From Kiritimatiellia bacterium (GTDB lineage: Bacteria; Verrucomicrobiota; Kiritimatiellia; RFP12; UBA1067), in the NCBI GenBank assembly GCA_050949565.1, contig JBMNFY010000008.1, forward strand, positions 64,001-128,000: DNA of 64,000 bases, read 5' to 3'. Below the pieces are notes generated by a model. That model worked only from the letters and a program-made list of their open reading frames with translations, had not been told where the DNA came from and did no database searches. Positions 60,649 through 64,000 of the stretch are shown in pieces. Within the stretch, counting starts at the first letter, position 1. The number at the start of each line of letters is the position of its first letter. The translations under genes and the position numbers were made by a program.

Positions 60649-62004
60649 ATGGTTAAACAACGGTCGCATGCGAGCGTCAAGAAGATCGCCCGGCGGAAGA
60701 TTCCCCAGGTCGCGATCTTGCTGGAGTCGTCGCACGAAATCTCGCGCGGCATGATCCGCGGCATTCTTGCATATGTGCGCCTTTACGGACCGTGGGCATT
60801 GCATCTCGAATCCGGCGGGTGGAGCGACCAAAAACTGCCGGGCCTAAATGTGTGGCGCGGCGACGGCATCATCGCCCGGATTCCGTCCCCAGAGGTCGCC
60901 GCAGATGTGGTCACGGCCCAGTTGCCCACAGTCCTGATCGACCCTGTGGACGCCTACCTCGACCCCTGCCATCCGCTTTCCCGCTACGACCGGGTCGAGT
61001 GCGATTCGGCCGGAGTGGCGCGCCACGCCGCCGACTACTATCTCGCCAACGACTTCACGCACTTCGCGTTTGTGGGCGAGCCTACAGGCTTGAACTGGTC
61101 GCGCCGACGGCAAGAGGCATTTATCCGGCGACTCGGTGAAGCGGGATATTCATGCGCGGTGTATCCGCCTCCGACTGACGCCGAACGTGCCGAGTGGGAG
61201 ATCGAACGCCAGCGCATGAGCCGTTGGCTGCGCAAGCAGCCCAAGCCGCTTGCCGTCTTCGCGGCCAACGACGCACGCGGCCGCCAAGTCCTGAACGCCT
61301 GCCTGACCGCCAACCTGCCGGTACCGTACGAGATCGCGGTACTGGGCGTGAACAACGATGTCATGATTTGCGAAACCAGCCTGCCGCCGCTCTCGAGCGT
61401 AGCGGTCGATATGGAGCAAGCAGGCTATACGGCGGCCGAACTGCTGGACCACCTGATGCGCAAAACCCAGCGCGGCCAGCAGTGCGTGCTCTTCAAACCT
61501 CTGGGAGTGGTAGCGCGCGCTTCCACACAGCGCCTGCAGGTCAACGACCGCCTCGTGATCCGCGCGTTGGAATATATCCGCATCAACGCGGGCCTGAACA
61601 TCCGCGTCTCCGACGTGGCCGACCATGTCGGCGTAACACCGCGCTGGCTGCAAAAAAGGTTCGCGCAAACGTTGGCGCGCTCGATGATGGATGAGATTCA
61701 ACGCGTACGCATGAACACGGTCTATTCACTGGTTGCTGAATCCGGTCTCTCATTTGCAGAAATCGCATGTCGCTGCGGTTTCACCAGCGCCAACCACCTC
61801 GGCGTACTTTTCCGAAAAACCTTCGGCGCGACCATGAGCGAGCACCGCAACCTGAACGCGCCACAGTCCTGCTTTTCATATCCGTCTCCTTCCATTGCAA
61901 CGGCAATGGCCGCGTCACACACTTCGAGAAGAGTACGCAGTAAGCGTAACCAACATCCCGCAAGTACGCAAGTGCGAAACCAAATTCGGGGGCGAATCGG
62001 TTAG
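60649..62004 (+). CDS. XylR-type regulator (LacI-like sensor plus AraC HTH) with a read-through tail
   Basis: FAANDARGRQVL, PPLSSV, EIA..CGF....L...FRK..G motifs; last ~45 aa derive from a non-coding relic; TTTACG-17-TATACT 6 nt before ATG. Confidence 0.9.
   Translation: MVKQRSHASVKKIARRKIPQVAILLESSHEISRGMIRGILAYVRLYGPWALHLESGGWSDQKLPGLNVWRGDGIIARIPSPEVAADVVTAQLPTVLIDPVDAYLDPCHPLSRYDRVECDSAGVARHAADYYLANDFTHFAFVGEPTGLNWSRRRQEAFIRRLGEAGYSCAVYPPPTDAERAEWEIERQRMSRWLRKQPKPLAVFAANDARGRQVLNACLTANLPVPYEIAVLGVNNDVMICETSLPPLSSVAVDMEQAGYTAAELLDHLMRKTQRGQQCVLFKPLGVVARASTQRLQVNDRLVIRALEYIRINAGLNIRVSDVADHVGVTPRWLQKRFAQTLARSMMDEIQRVRMNTVYSLVAESGLSFAEIACRCGFTSANHLGVLFRKTFGATMSEHRNLNAPQSCFSYPSPSIATAMAASHTSRRVRSKRNQHPASTQVRNQIRGRIG
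61861..61971 (-). pseudogene. Relic promoter, RBS and first codons (MKSRTV) of a deleted paralog of the 56606 gene
   Basis: Homologous to 56588-56651 plus 56757-56798. Confidence 0.75.
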
Positions 62005-62152
62005 CTTAAAAAGAGCAGTTGAACCTTGAACTCTCTTTGGTTTCTGGTTTCAAGGTTTCATGGTTTCATCCAAATCGGGATCGGGATCGCTATCGGGATC
62101 GATTGTTTAACCACGGAACACACCGAACACACGGAAAGGCATGGCTCTGTTT
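62005..62152. mobile_element. MITE A, truncated copy
   Basis: Near-identical to about 14921-15068. Confidence 0.85.
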
Positions 62153-62179
62153 TTAGTGCCTTCGTGTGAGAAAAACTGT

Positions 62180-62890
62180 TCAGTCCGCGTCGGGCTGACG
62201 CGCGCGCAGATCCGGACGATGTCGGAGCAGTTCCTCGACGATCCCGGTCATGCCCGCGAAATGCCAGCCGTCCAGTTTGAGCCGACGGCCGTCCTTGAGC
62301 GTCAGGCGCACGATACCTTTCTCGTCCCACCGGGCCCAATCGGCGGCCTGAATCTCGTCGTAGCCGATCGGCTGCGTGCCTATCCCGCTTCCGTGCAACC
62401 CCGTGTCATCCGCCACAAATCTCCGGGGCGCTTTGATGCCCACCGCCGCAAACGCGCAGAGGGCGAGCACCAGCGTCACGGCGGCCTGAACGAACTGCGT
62501 TTGCAGATCGCGGGCGCTGTAAATCGGTTGTTCCAGCGTCTTGCGTACCTGCTCAAGTTGGGCAACCCGCGCGGCGTCGCGGTCTGGCGTCGAATCAGGA
62601 ATCCGCAACTCACTCAATTTACGCGTCAGTTTAGACGGAGCCTTAGCCGCGCCGCGCGCGCGGAATGCCGCATCCAGCCGCGTACCGCGTTCTCCATCGT
62701 CCTGCGACAACCACGCCTCGGCGGTCAGGTTGGTCGCCAGCAACGCCGGGCGCACCTGCTCCATGACACGGTTCTGGCGGGGCCACGCCACCCTGCCGTC
62801 GTACAGCGACCAGAGGCAGATCCCTAACAGCAGCGCCCCGACTCCCGCGACGCGCACGGCGTATTCTCGATTCAATTTCGCTTCGGCCAT
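62180..62890 (-). CDS. Hypothetical membrane protein (two TM)
   Basis: LWSLYDG.VAWP..N and W.EKGI motifs; ATG 62890 after GGAG. Confidence 0.7.
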   Translation of the reverse strand: MAEAKLNREYAVRVAGVGALLLGICLWSLYDGRVAWPRQNRVMEQVRPALLATNLTAEAWLSQDDGERGTRLDAAFRARGAAKAPSKLTRKLSELRIPDSTPDRDAARVAQLEQVRKTLEQPIYSARDLQTQFVQAAVTLVLALCAFAAVGIKAPRRFVADDTGLHGSGIGTQPIGYDEIQAADWARWDEKGIVRLTLKDGRRLKLDGWHFAGMTGIVEELLRHRPDLRARQPDAD

Positions 62891-62903
62891 CACTCCTCCC
62901 GAT

Positions 62904-63860
62904 TTACCAGAATCCATATTGACGCGAGACGATCACATACACGCCCAACGCCAGATTGGTCACGCCATGGGCAAGCGCTGCCGCCCAGATATCGCCCGTG
63001 CGCACCGCCAGCCAGCCATAGACCACGCCCGCCAACAGCCCGGCCGCCCAGCGGTCATGTTCCAACGCAAAGACCACGGCCACCGTCCAAAAGGCCTGCA
63101 TGTCGAACACACCCAACGGCACCGTCCAAAAGGCGCCCTGTCTAAGCCAGCGATAGAAAAAACCGCGGAAAAAGAACTCCTCGATGACCGCGATGACGGC
63201 AGCCGAACCGACCAGTTTCAGCAGCGTCAGCACCCAACCGGCCTGCTCCGGCGCAAAGGCCAGCGAGATATGGCCGGGCGGCAACGGCGGCGACAGATCG
63301 GGATTGAAGTAGCCGGGTAGCGTACCGGGCATCATGATCAGCCAGCGGTGGTAAAACAACTGAAAGCCGGGCGCGATACGACCGACCCATGGCGTCTCCG
63401 GCAGGATCCACAGCAACGCCACCACCATACCCGCAGCCAGCGCCAACGGCACATGGCGCAGCCGCAGTGCCGGATAGACGCGCCACGGACGCAGCCACAA
63501 AAAAAGAGCCGCGCACACGACTGATTTGAGCGCGTAGCTCCACGGGTAGACCATGCGCGGCACTTCGCCCACGCTCTCCCAAATTTGCAGCGCAAAGATG
63601 ACCGCAAGCCACACCGCGAACGGCACGACATGTCCGGCTACCACGTTGATGGCAGGAGGCGTGCGAGTCGAGCGCGTGTTTTGTGCGCGCTCAGTCGGGA
63701 GCAATTTGGAGTGCGGTGACAAGAGCCGCGCTGTGCGCGGGTCACGGCACCGCTTTCCCTCCGCGCTATGCGCGGAAGGCGGCTCGTGGGGACACTCGCC
63801 CTCCATTGCCGCGCTCCAGCGGCCCGTGGGGACACTCGCCCTCCAAATCATGTTGATCAT
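62904..63860 (-). CDS. CPBP/Abi (CAAX prenyl protease-related) intramembrane protease; start uncertain
   Basis: IEEFFFRG, FALEH, AHGVTN motifs; terminal W as in the PEP-CTERM-associated TIGR03008-like subgroup. Confidence 0.85.
   Translation of the reverse strand: MINMIWRASVPTGRWSAAMEGECPHEPPSAHSAEGKRCRDPRTARLLSPHSKLLPTERAQNTRSTRTPPAINVVAGHVVPFAVWLAVIFALQIWESVGEVPRMVYPWSYALKSVVCAALFLWLRPWRVYPALRLRHVPLALAAGMVVALLWILPETPWVGRIAPGFQLFYHRWLIMMPGTLPGYFNPDLSPPLPPGHISLAFAPEQAGWVLTLLKLVGSAAVIAVIEEFFFRGFFYRWLRQGAFWTVPLGVFDMQAFWTVAVVFALEHDRWAAGLLAGVVYGWLAVRTGDIWAAALAHGVTNLALGVYVIVSRQYGFW
63708..63845. repeat. REP-like palindromes
   Basis: GGC(T/C)CGTGGGGACACTCGCCCTCCA at 63781 and 63821; GGAGTGCGGTG...CACCGCTTT at 63708-63757. 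Confidence 0.7.
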
Positions 63861-63861
63861 G

Positions 63862-63912
63862 CCCACTGCCCACTGCCTACTGCCTACTGCCTGTTGCTTA
63901 TTGCTTACTGCT
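63862..63912. repeat. (GCAGTAG)n heptamer array starting at the upstream stop codon
   Basis: Minus strand: GCAGTAA GCAATAA GCAACAG GCAGTAG GCAGTAG GCAGTGG GCAGTGG. Confidence 0.85.
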
Positions 63913-64000
63913 CTCCGGCCTTTTTCCACTCGTCGAGCTGTTCCTGCGTGGGTGCCGAGATGATCTCGAACAGGTGCCATGTGCCGAACGCTCCGGCGAA
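63905..64000 (-). CDS. 3' end of a gene entering from the right
   Basis: Open frame FAGAFGTWHLFEIISAPTQEQLDEWKKAGEQ*. Confidence 0.5.
   Translation of the reverse strand, partial: FAGAFGTWHLFEIISAPTQEQLDEWKKAGEQ

Overview
GC-rich bacterial chromosomal window. Gene content (DUF4159/DUF58, DUF2723, DUF2341-LamG, autotransporter-repeat proteins, Tat-exported Gfo/Idh/MocA enzymes, CAAX-like protease) suggests the PVC superphylum, probably Kiritimatiellae (inference). Core genes (yebC, ileS, TRAP dctPQM) are mixed with carbohydrate-active and secreted proteins, three GT-C-type membrane glycosyltransferases, two LRR surface proteins, a type II R-M pair and a RelE-type TA pair. I found no rRNA, tRNA, CRISPR array, integrase or transposase. 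The strongest signals are non-coding or sub-genic: (1) many period-7 and period-9 repeat arrays of different unit sequence, often starting on stop codons and sometimes in frame inside genes (ileS, a GT-C gene); (2) a shared poly-C promoter plus covarying hairpin leader upstream of both LRR loci; (3) two MITE families with verifiable target-site duplications and a third covarying hairpin repeat; (4) two recurrent C-terminal signatures on secreted proteins; (5) two GACGTC sites in the spacer of the leaderless methyltransferase promoter. Family assignments come from motif recognition only; no searches were run.
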